From the NCBI GenBank assembly GCA_003221005.1, contig QHTZ01000100.1, positions 1 to 26,852 on the forward strand: DNA of 26,852 bases. The letters are read 5' to 3'. The first letter of the stretch is position 1. Each line of letters opens with the position of its first letter. This DNA is from Gemmatimonadota bacterium (lineage in GTDB: Bacteria > Gemmatimonadota > Gemmatimonadetes > Gemmatimonadales > GWC2-71-9). The translations under genes were made by a program, and so were the position numbers. The notes below the pieces were generated by a model. That model was not told where the DNA came from, ran no database searches, and worked only from the letters and a program-made list of their open reading frames with translations. Below, piece by piece: positions 14,725-23,304 of the stretch.

Positions 14725-16730
14725 GGTCGCTGCGCAAGCTCAGCCGCAGCGCATTGAGCGGAAACCTCGCCGCCCTCGGTGGCGCCCTGGTGGCCCTGTC
14801 GATCGCGACCCTGGTCGTGGCCCGGGCCGGCGGGCCGGCGGCCGTCGGCGACTACGCGCTGCTCCGCATCATGCCGTGGCTGCTGGCTGTGATCGTTTCC
14901 GGCGGCCTGGCTTCAGCGTCCGCGTACTTTCTGGCCGGGCCGACTCGGGATGACCCCCAGGTCCGGCCGACGCTCATCGCGATGGCGGTCGCGGCTGCGG
15001 TCGCTTCACTCCTCATCTGGGTCGTGGCGTCACCCGCCATCAGGGCCGTCTTCTTCCACGACCTCACCACGGCGCTCGTCGCCTGGGCCGGCCTGAAGGC
15101 GACAAGCCGGCTCTTCGTGATCACCGCAAAGGCCGCTTCGCAAGGCACCGGCGACCTGCCCGGCAGCAACTGGCTCATCTTCCTCGAGGAGCTCATGTTC
15201 CTGCCCGCCTATGCCGTCGCCTTGATGTTCGGGCTGCGCGGAGGTGCCGGGATCATCGCCGCCCTCATCCTGTCCGACGTCGCCACCGGCATGGTGGGCT
15301 GGAGGCGGCTGGTTCGGCGCGGCTACCTGGCCGGTTCGTCAAAGCCGTCGCCGGTGCTGGCGCGTCGCATCTACGCGTTCGGCATGCGCGGCCAGGTCGG
15401 CAGCATTATGACGCTGGTCAACCTCCGGCTCGACTTCATGATCATCGCGCTCCTGGCGGGACCGGTGGTCCTCGGTGTGTACGCGGTCGCCTCGAAATTC
15501 GCGGAGCTGCTCCGCCTCCTGCCGACTGCCTTCAACTGGGTGTTCTATCCGTCCTTTGCGAAGCAGGCTCCAGTGGAGGCGTGGAGGCGCGCCGCCTGGC
15601 TCATGCCCCGCGCTGCCGCATGCACCGCGTTCGCTGCGATCCCCCTGGCCTCGGTCGCTGGACCCGTGCTGCCTCTGCTGTACGGCTCCGACTTTGCGGG
15701 CGCGGTGCTGCCGAGCCAGCTGCTCCTGGTGGGGCTCACGGTCGAGGGCGCGGCCGGGGTCGTCACCGCATATCTCTTCGGCCGCGGCCGCCCTGGTTTG
15801 AACTCGCTCGCCACGGCGGGCGGAGTGGTCGTCACTGTGGCGCTGGACCTGCTGCTCATTCCAAGGCTGAGCTTGCTGGGAGGCGCCGTGGCTTCCAGCG
15901 TTGCCTACCTGGCCACGACGTCGCTGTTGGTCACCTGCTTCATAGCTGTTCGGCCGTCGGCGCCGGCGCCGGCCGCGATTGACGCCGGCCCCGCAGCCCC
16001 GACCGGGACTTTGCGGCGGCTCATCGACCTCGCGGTCGCCGGCATTGCGCTGGTCATCGCGGGACCGTTGCTGCTGGTCGTGTGGCTCGGCTCGAGGATT
16101 TCGACCGGCGCGTCGGGCATATATCGGCAGGAGCGGGTGGGGGAGGGCGGTGTGCCGTTCACGATGCTCAAGATCCGGAGCATGCGTCCTGGGGGCGCTG
16201 GACCTCAGGTCACCGTCGAAAGCGATCCCCGTGTCACTCGGTTCGGTCGGCTGCTGCGGGCGACGAGCATCGACGAGCTGCCACAGCTCATCAACATCAT
16301 CCGGGGTGACATGACGCTGGTCGGGGCCAGGCCGGAGACGGTGGATCTCGCCCGGCGGTACGCTCCGGAGCTGCACACGGTGTTCCGACACCGCCCCGGC
16401 CTCACGGGTCCGGCGCAACTCTTCTTCCGCTGGAGTGACGCCCTCGACAGGGCAGACGACGTGGAGTTGGCCTACCTGCAGGACCAGGTGCCGCTCCGCG
16501 TGGCCATGGACCTCGACTACCTCGAGAGACCGACCGTGGGACGGACGCTTGGCCTGATCGCAACCACCGCAGCCAACGTCCTCCATCTGGGACGCCGAGT
16601 CAATGTCCTACCGCCGTCGGCACGCCCAGCCTGTCGCCCGGCGGCTGGCGGCATGGACGACCTCAGTGCAGGGGAAGCGAGTTCTCCAGTTCCAGCTGAC
16701 GGACTTCGTCGGGCCGCGACTCGAGGCTGA
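14721..16730 (+). CDS. Fusion of a Wzx-type flippase and a priming phosphoglycosyl transferase (Bac_transf)
   Basis: N-terminal ~410 aa MOP flippase (GPAAVGDYALL, NLRLDFMII..GVYAVASKFAE, LYGSDFAGA, LLIPRLSLLGGAVASSVAY). After a Pro/Ala linker: RRLIDL..YRQERVG..FTMLKIRSM..DPRVTRFGRLLRATSIDELPQL..GDMTLVGARPE..RPGLTGPAQ. Confidence 0.9.
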   Translation: MRSLRKLSRSALSGNLAALGGALVALSIATLVVARAGGPAAVGDYALLRIMPWLLAVIVSGGLASASAYFLAGPTRDDPQVRPTLIAMAVAAAVASLLIWVVASPAIRAVFFHDLTTALVAWAGLKATSRLFVITAKAASQGTGDLPGSNWLIFLEELMFLPAYAVALMFGLRGGAGIIAALILSDVATGMVGWRRLVRRGYLAGSSKPSPVLARRIYAFGMRGQVGSIMTLVNLRLDFMIIALLAGPVVLGVYAVASKFAELLRLLPTAFNWVFYPSFAKQAPVEAWRRAAWLMPRAAACTAFAAIPLASVAGPVLPLLYGSDFAGAVLPSQLLLVGLTVEGAAGVVTAYLFGRGRPGLNSLATAGGVVVTVALDLLLIPRLSLLGGAVASSVAYLATTSLLVTCFIAVRPSAPAPAAIDAGPAAPTGTLRRLIDLAVAGIALVIAGPLLLVVWLGSRISTGASGIYRQERVGEGGVPFTMLKIRSMRPGGAGPQVTVESDPRVTRFGRLLRATSIDELPQLINIIRGDMTLVGARPETVDLARRYAPELHTVFRHRPGLTGPAQLFFRWSDALDRADDVELAYLQDQVPLRVAMDLDYLERPTVGRTLGLIATTAANVLHLGRRVNVLPPSARPACRPAAGGMDDLSAGEASSPVPADGLRRAATRG

Positions 16731-17505
16731 GGCTGCCGTACTCCCAGGAGAAGACGAGGTATCCGCTGAGCGCGGACTTCCTCCAGTGTTGGAACTCCTC
16801 GTGCAGCTCGCTTGGGGTGGGTAGGCGGTAGTAGTCGTCCTGGAAGGCCTGGATGATGGCCCAGTAGTCGGTGATGCCCGCGCCCTGAATCGCGGCCACC
16901 GCCTCGTCGATCCGGCTGAAGTCGCATTGCGCGTCCACCCGGCGGCACGGATACACGTCAAAGCCGAGGATGTCCGTCGTCCCCTTCCACTGGGCGTATG
17001 GGAAGGCCACTCCCGCGTCGGAAGCCGAGATCACGGTGAAGGTGGGATGGACGGGATCGATCTGGTGCACCAACGCCGTTCTCGCCTTGAACATCGCGGG
17101 CGCTTTGGGACATTTGCTTGCGAGCGGCTCGTCGCCCAGGAAGTAGGCCAGTACCGCGGGGCTCGAGGCGATGGGAACCACGTGGGAGCGAATCCAGGCG
17201 TCGTCGTGCTCCCAGGCGCACGACGCGTTCCGCCATGCGCCGAGCCACACGAAGGCCTTGACGCCGTGCGCCGTCAGCTCGCCGAGATCGTCCGGGTAAG
17301 GATTTGCGTCGAAGGTGTTGAAGCCGGCGTTGGCTTGCAGTGTGAAGCCGTTGCTGCTGGTGTCGTGGCCATACACGCCACGGATCGCGCTCGCGTCGCC
17401 GGGCCAAGGCGCGGGTGTCGTCGTGGCCGAGCTCCCTCCGAACGTGCATGAGGAGACCGCGGTGAGGAGGGCGACGGCGAGTAGCGAAAGACGAACGCGG
17501 TTCAG
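16663..17505 (-). CDS. Lipoprotein with a putative TIM-barrel glycoside-hydrolase-like domain
   Basis: Probable CTG start at 17505 with GGAGG 8 nt upstream gives signal peptide MNRVRLSLLAVALLTAVSS-C. Motifs AYFLGDEP, DILGFDVYP, WAIIQAF, GYLVFSW. Confidence 0.75.
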   Translation of the reverse strand: MNRVRLSLLAVALLTAVSSCTFGGSSATTTPAPWPGDASAIRGVYGHDTSSNGFTLQANAGFNTFDANPYPDDLGELTAHGVKAFVWLGAWRNASCAWEHDDAWIRSHVVPIASSPAVLAYFLGDEPLASKCPKAPAMFKARTALVHQIDPVHPTFTVISASDAGVAFPYAQWKGTTDILGFDVYPCRRVDAQCDFSRIDEAVAAIQGAGITDYWAIIQAFQDDYYRLPTPSELHEEFQHWRKSALSGYLVFSWEYGSLSLESRPDEVRQLELENSLPLH

Positions 17506-17506
17506 C

Positions 17507-19129
17507 TCAGAAACCTCCGAGGTGTGGATCCTCGCGATTTCCGTCGGCGTGGGCGGCGGCGAGGACGCGACGGCTGGGCAACGGGTCGCACCGGGCATTT
17601 AAGCAGGTGCCCGTCTTCAGGTCGAACTCGAGATTGTGGCCGAGGCAGCGCAGGACGTCGTTCTCGAGCATGACGGCACCGATCGCGAGGTCTTCGCCCG
17701 CGTGGGGGCAATAGCGGCCGATCTTGTAGACCCCACCCGGGGCCGTGACTTCGAGCGTCTCGCCGCTGTCGCGGCCGCGCTCGTGGCGCTCGATCGCCGA
17801 CAGCGCCTCCGGCTCGGCGTGCTTCAGGAGGCCGATGAGGTAGTCGTTGTAGATGTCGGGGTCGCGCCAGCATCCGATGCGCAGGGACAGGAACAGGTCC
17901 TCCCACGCGATCTCACCGAAGATCACGGGGGCGAGCCAGCGTGAATCGACCTTGAACCGGTACTGGACCTCCGACGCCGAGCCGCCGAGGTCGACCTTGA
18001 CACCTTGCGGCCGGAAGTCGACGTCCCAGCGACCCTCAACCTGGCCCGTGATCTCGAAGCGAACCGTCATGTCGATCCGTTCTCGGAAATATGGGCTCAT
18101 CTCTCCAAGCCTGTGGAAATGCTCGACGAATGCGTCAGCAAGCTCGGGTCCTGGCTCCGCATACCCCCTCTCGGTCTCGATGATCGATCGCTGCCGGGCC
18201 TTCGCGTACCACTCGATGTATTCGGCCATATGGTCGTACGAGAAATCACGCCAGTGCGGGTCGCGTTCCAGGTGCCGGCTCAGCATGTCGTAGCGATCCC
18301 CGGGCATCCAGTTGGCGACCTGGACGTGGGGGGCCCTGGACTCGAGATAGGCGGCCGCCTGGGACTGGTTGGGAAAGATGCCGTTGGGGTCGAGGAGCCA
18401 TCGGTTGAATTGTTGGAGCTCGGGGTCGAGGAAGCACATCGGTCCCGCGAAAGGCAATGCAACCTCCGGCGCCGCCAGCTTGACCAGGCGGCTGACGAGC
18501 TTGAACTTGCCCTCTCGCTTGGCTGCGCTGATGCGCAGCATCTCCTCTTCGCCGTACTCGTAACGGATGGGGTGCCACGATGCGCCCGACATCTGCACCG
18601 CCATCAGGTCGATCTTGCCACCGCACTCGATCGCCGCCCGACGCGCCTGGCCGATGGTGAGCCTGGCGTCGTTGCAATGCAGGAATGAGGCCCCGCCGGC
18701 ATACAACAGGACAGCCGAGTCGTGGCACATCGGGGACTGCTCAGGGATGAAGCAAACCCAGTCCCCGCGCTCGTTGAGCTGGAACTTCTGCCACGCGTCG
18801 AGCTCGACGACGTTACGGGCGCCGAGGCGGGCGAGGCGATCCCGCAGATTCGGTGAGGGATAGCGATTGATCAGCAGCTTCGCGTTCAGGGGCAGGTGCG
18901 AGAGCACGTCCGCATCCATGTGGTCGAGGTGCTCGTGTGACAGTGTCGCGTAGTCGACGTCGAGGATTTGCGACTGGTCCAGGTGGCCGTTGCTCGGGAA
19001 CTGGTGCCACGAGCCCTGGAAGGCGCCGCGCTCCGAAAGCCAGCAGTCCATGATCATGCGGAGGTCGACGCCGTCGACCCGCATGCCGGCATGGCCGAGA
19101 AATGTCAGCTGAAGTGAATCCGCAGGCAC
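17507..19129 (-). CDS. NamH/CMP-Neu5Ac-hydroxylase-like protein: metallo-beta-lactamase fold plus C-terminal Rieske [2Fe-2S] domain
   Basis: GHAG, SWHQFPSN, SHEHLDH, DSA..NDAR, SGASWHP, PFAGPMCFLDPEL, IFPNQ, FLSLR..WR..YNDYL, Rieske CPH..CLGH. The motif order follows mycobacterial NamH (Rv3818) as I recall it. Confidence 0.85.
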   Translation of the reverse strand: MPADSLQLTFLGHAGMRVDGVDLRMIMDCWLSERGAFQGSWHQFPSNGHLDQSQILDVDYATLSHEHLDHMDADVLSHLPLNAKLLINRYPSPNLRDRLARLGARNVVELDAWQKFQLNERGDWVCFIPEQSPMCHDSAVLLYAGGASFLHCNDARLTIGQARRAAIECGGKIDLMAVQMSGASWHPIRYEYGEEEMLRISAAKREGKFKLVSRLVKLAAPEVALPFAGPMCFLDPELQQFNRWLLDPNGIFPNQSQAAAYLESRAPHVQVANWMPGDRYDMLSRHLERDPHWRDFSYDHMAEYIEWYAKARQRSIIETERGYAEPGPELADAFVEHFHRLGEMSPYFRERIDMTVRFEITGQVEGRWDVDFRPQGVKVDLGGSASEVQYRFKVDSRWLAPVIFGEIAWEDLFLSLRIGCWRDPDIYNDYLIGLLKHAEPEALSAIERHERGRDSGETLEVTAPGGVYKIGRYCPHAGEDLAIGAVMLENDVLRCLGHNLEFDLKTGTCLNARCDPLPSRRVLAAAHADGNREDPHLGGF

Positions 19130-19162
19130 GTCAGGGTATTCGCACTACTCCGCTGGTTCGTA

Positions 19163-19840
19163 TCACAGCTCGATGAGGCCCTTGCGGACCGCATAGACGG
19201 CCGCCTGGGAGCGGTCGACCACGCCGATCTTTTCGTAAATGTGGCTGACGTGGTTGCGGACGGTCTTCTCGCTGATCTTCAGCCGGTACGCGATCTGCTT
19301 GTTGGACAGCCCGGTCGCGACCTGCTTCAGGATCTCGAGCTCGCGCGGCGTGAGGCCGTCGAACCTCTCCTTCGGCGGCCCGCCGCCGACGGCGAGCTCG
19401 ACCACCCGGTCGGCGACGGCTCGCGAGAGGACCTGCTCGCCGGAGTCGACCGCTAGGATGCTGGCGATGATAGCTTCTGGCATCGAGTCCTTGAGCACGT
19501 AGCCGCTTGCGCCGTTCTTCAACGCGTGCAGGACGCTCCCGGTGGTTTCGAAGCTGCTCAGGAACAGCACTTTGATGCCGGGCTGGGTCGCCGCGATCCG
19601 CTGCATCGCCTCGATCCCGTCCATGTTGGGCATGCGCACGTCCATGACTATCACGTCCGGCCGGAGCTCGTTCGCTTTGGCGATAGCCTCCTGGCCGTTC
19701 GCGGCCTCCGCCACCACGTGGACCCGAGGGTCCTCGTCGAGCAGACGGGCCAGGCCGGTGCGGAACAACGCCTGGTCGTCGGCCAGCAGCAGCCGCACGG
19801 CGCCGGCCTTGGTTGTGGCCGCCTTCCTGTCAGCGGACAA
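19163..19840 (-). CDS. NarL/LuxR-family response regulator
   Basis: LLLADDQ, VMDVRMP (phospho-Asp), GYVLKD, LTPRELEIL..GLSNKQIA..ISEKTVRNHVSHIYEK. Confidence 0.95.
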   Translation of the reverse strand: MSADRKAATTKAGAVRLLLADDQALFRTGLARLLDEDPRVHVVAEAANGQEAIAKANELRPDVIVMDVRMPNMDGIEAMQRIAATQPGIKVLFLSSFETTGSVLHALKNGASGYVLKDSMPEAIIASILAVDSGEQVLSRAVADRVVELAVGGGPPKERFDGLTPRELEILKQVATGLSNKQIAYRLKISEKTVRNHVSHIYEKIGVVDRSQAAVYAVRKGLIEL

Positions 19841-20522
19841 TGGCGGCCTGGGTACGGTTGCGCGCGCCGAGTTTTGCCAGCACGCGATGCACGTGTTTGT
19901 TCACGGTCGTGGTCGAGACGCCGAGCCGGAGCGCAATCTCTCGATTGGTCATGCCGCGCCGTATCTCGTCGAGCACCTCGAGCTCGCGCCCGGTGAGCTT
20001 GGAAAGGCGCTCGCTCTGTACGACTCCGGTTGGGGCGAGCGGGGCCTTGCGGGAGCCTTCGATCGAGCGCACCTTGCCGCGTGTGGCCGCCTGCCTGATC
20101 GCCGAATACAGGTCGCCGAGTGGCAGCTCCTTCGACACGGCTCCCGCCACGCCGGCGGCACGCGCAGCTGCGACCGTCTGCTGGTCGGCAAAGGCGCTCA
20201 CCATCAGGACGCGAGTGTCGGGCCAGCGCTTTCGGAGGATCTTCAAACCGTCAAGGCCGTTCACGCCGTCGCCGAACTGCAGGTCCATGATGACGAGGTC
20301 GACAGGGCTGCGTTCGAAGTTGCGCAGGGCTTGCTGGACGGATGCGGCCGACCACACGACCTCGAGGTCGGCATTGCGCTCGAGCAGGCGCGACAGGCCA
20401 AGCCTGAAAGCGGGATGGTCGTCGACCATGGCGACCCTCACGTGCTTGCCCGAAGGCTCTGCGACGTCGCTGCCTTTCGCGCGCTCAGGCACGGCCCGCG
20501 GCGCTGGCCGCGCACCCGACAC
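19830..20522 (-). CDS. NarL/LuxR-family response regulator
   Basis: VAMVDDH, IMDLQF, AVSKE, LTGRELEVL..GMTNREIA..TTVNKHVHRVLAKLG. Exact start uncertain. Confidence 0.93.
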   Translation of the reverse strand: MSGARPAPRAVPERAKGSDVAEPSGKHVRVAMVDDHPAFRLGLSRLLERNADLEVVWSAASVQQALRNFERSPVDLVIMDLQFGDGVNGLDGLKILRKRWPDTRVLMVSAFADQQTVAAARAAGVAGAVSKELPLGDLYSAIRQAATRGKVRSIEGSRKAPLAPTGVVQSERLSKLTGRELEVLDEIRRGMTNREIALRLGVSTTTVNKHVHRVLAKLGARNRTQAAIVR

Positions 20523-20657
20523 TCAAAACTCAACTCCCAAGCCCTTGGTAAAACGAAGGTATAAATGCGCACGGCTAACTCGCTCGTCCATCAAGTCCTG
20601 CCGCGTCCAAGACAATACACGCTGGAGATTCCGAGGAATGGTGTTGTTTCGCTGCCC

Positions 20658-20692
20658 AGGACAATTGTCCTAGTGGGCGGGACAAAGGCCAT
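20658..20692. promoter_or_regulatory. Tandem operator boxes in the divergent promoter
   Basis: Perfect 14-bp palindrome AGGAC-aatt-GTCCT at 20658-20671; second box GGGAC-aaag-GCCAT starting 21 bp later at 20679. Confidence 0.6.
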
Positions 20693-20728
20693 ACACGCGC
20701 GTGCGTATCACCATGAGATCGTCATCCG

Positions 20729-23140
20729 GTGAATCACGCAGGCAGGCCGGCCCGACTCCCGCGCGGATTCGCCGTCGCAGTCACGGCCCTCGTCGCTTTC
20801 GCGGCGCTGGTTGGGTACTCGGACATCGCGCTGAAGGGCCCGGCGCACATCCCGGTCCTGCTCGATTCGGCCAACGGCTTCGTGCGCGGAACTTACGGCC
20901 GCGACACGTCGTGCCTGCCGCCGGCGGGCTCAGACGACAACGGGTGCCATTGGGGTACGGGCGTGTCCACGATGATCGCCGACGGTTTCAACGTCGTGCA
21001 GACGGACCCGTACATCTTCGCGGGGCACGACGGGGCGCTCGACGCGCTGGCAGCCGAAGGCCTCAAGGGCATCGTGTACATGGGGGGCTGGGACAACTCG
21101 AGCTGCACTTTCACGATGAGCAACACCGCTTTCGACAGCATCGTGAACGGGATCAAGGGCGACGCGGTCGCTCGCAGCGCGGTCTATGCGTACTACATAG
21201 CCGATGAGCCGCACGTATCTGCGTGCCCTGGTGCCCCGGCGGCATTCGCCGCGCGGACGGCGCGGCTGCACACCGACGATTCGACGCAGAAGAGCTTCAC
21301 CGTGATCCAGGACTATGACAACGGCCTGTTCGGGCAGTCCTATTACGCGAAGTGGATGGGCACCGTCGATGTGATCGGCTTCGACGTGTACCCGTGCAAC
21401 TTCTCGAACGGTGCCGACTTCAACCTTTCACCGACCTCCAAGACACGCCAAGCATGTGATCTCGGTTCAGGTGGCAAGGTGCAGACCGACGCAGGCTACA
21501 TCCAAGGTGCAGGCTTCGGCAGCGCGGGTACCTGCATGCTCTACAACGGCAGCACCGGCGCGTGCACTCCATACCTGGCGCTGATGCAGGACTTCCAGGA
21601 CTGCTACTACGAGCTGCCGGCAAACAGCGACCTGCGCAACCAGGCCACCGACTGGGCGACGTACGGGACCAAGAAGAGCGGCATCGTCATCTTCAGCTGG
21701 AACTTCTACGGCAACCTTTGCACGCCCCCCAGCAAACCCGCGATCTCCATCGGCGTCCAACTTGACAACTGCGCGTCGGACCCGACGACGAACCCGACCG
21801 ACATCATGCCGCCAAGCACGCCGGACTGCTTCGGCAACACTGCCGAGCTCCTGTACGACAACACGCACCTGTTCGACCTGTGTCCTGTCCCTACCCCGAC
21901 GGACGTTTACACCGCGTGCAGCCTCGCCCAGTATCGGCTCGCCGGCAGCGATGGCGCGACGTGGCAGATGCTCGACCCGGCCCAGCTGAAGATCGAGTTC
22001 ACGCCAGGGTCCGACGTGCGGGCGATCGTCTCCGGCAACGCGGATCTGTGGACCGCCACCGCCGGTCTGAACCAGGACCTCGCGATCGCGGTCAACGGCT
22101 CGGTCGCGGCGTGGAAGGAGAGCGGCGGATTCGCAGGCACGTTCTCGCCCAACGCGGCATTCGTGCAGACCGTATACAACCTGACCGGCGGGGTGGATTA
22201 CACGTTCGACCTGCGCTGGAAGACGAACAAGCCCGCGGGCCCGGGCGCGATCTTCGCCGGAGCCGGACCGATTGGCGGCAAATTCTCACCCACGAGACTG
22301 ACCGTTGAGCTCGTCGCCACGGCCGCGAGCGTCGCGACCGCCGCGAGCACGAGCCAGTATCCGCTGGCGGGCAGTGACGGGGCCACATGGCAGGCGATGG
22401 ACTCGACCAACCTGAGCGTGCCGTTCAACGCGCCGGCAAACGGATCGCTCGTCGTGGGCGGCAACGTCGACCTGTTCACCGGGAAGTCCGGGTTAAACCA
22501 GGACGTGGGTATCGCGGTCACCGGTGCCGGGTACCCGACCACCGCCGGCCAGCCAGAGGCGTGGAAGGAGAGCGGTGGCTACGCGGGTACCTTCTAGGCG
22601 TCGGGTGGCGCGACCATCTACGCCGGGGCCGGGCCGATATCCAGCCATTACTCTCCGACGCGGCTCACCGTCCTCTTCTTGCCTTCGACCGCAGCTGCGG
22701 TCGACAGGGTGAGCGCTCTGCAGCACCACTTCACCGGCAGCAACGGAACGACGTGGCAGAACATGGACACGGCCGCGTTCATGCTGACGATCACGCCCTC
22801 GAACGCCTGCCTGGTGGTGGTCGGGGCGAATTTGGACCTGTGGACGGCGAACGCCGGGCTTGCACAGGACGTCGGGATCAGCGTCTTGGGCGGCGCCTAT
22901 CCGACAGCCACGGGCCAGCCCGAAGCCTGGAAGGAGAGTGGCGGGTACGGAGGCACCTACAGCCCGAACGCCGCCTACCTCCACACCGTGCTGGAGCTCT
23001 CGGCGAGCACCACCTACACGCTGGAGCTCGTGTGGAAAACCAACAAGCCTTCGGCGGGAGGCTCGATCTACGCAGGGGCGGGTCCCATCGGCTCGAACTT
23101 TTCGCCGACACGGCTGACCCTGATCCCGATCGGGTGCTGA
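20729..23140 (+). pseudogene. Secreted glycoside-hydrolase-like protein with three C-terminal ~145-aa repeats, interrupted by an in-frame TAG at 22595-22597
   Basis: N-terminal hydrophobic signal/anchor; catalytic domain paralogous to 16663..17505 (YYIADEP, DVIGFDVYPC). The same frame continues after the TAG (ASGGATIYAGAGP..SPTRLT) to TGA at 23140. Confidence 0.8.
21905..23137 (+). repeat. Three intragenic domain repeats starting near 21905, 22331 and 22697
   Basis: Each has GS[DN]G.TWQ, N.DL[WF]T...GL.QD..I.V, AWKESGG..GT[FY] and I[FY]AGAGPI...[FY]SPTRLT. Confidence 0.9.
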
Positions 23141-23144
23141 GCGC

Positions 23145-23232
23145 CTAGATGCAGTCTCCGGCGGACCCGAACGCCGGGTTCACCGGGCCGGCGATCTAGA
23201 CGGAATGGGCCCGTCGACGGCGGCCCATTTCC
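23145..23232. terminator. Two tandem GC-rich hairpins downstream of the hydrolase-like gene
   Basis: ctagat..ccggcggacccg-aacgc-cgggttcaccgg..atctag (23145-23199) and ggaatgggcc..ggcccatttcc (23202-23232); no strong U-tract. Confidence 0.4.
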
Positions 23233-23304
23233 TTGCCGTTGAAAAGAGCGCACAATCGGCGGGAACATCGGGGACCATCCGTTGCCCAGGAAGGGAGGGG
23301 GCTC

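Noticed and set aside
17507-19129. Beta-lactamase
   Set aside because: The MBL fold is fused to a Rieske domain, has no signal peptide, and follows the NamH/CMAH pattern.
22595-22597. Amber read-through, pyrrolysine or recoded TAG
   Set aside because: Repeat alignment shows about 28 codons missing exactly at the TAG, so it is a deletion junction. TAG also serves as a normal stop for several other genes in the window.
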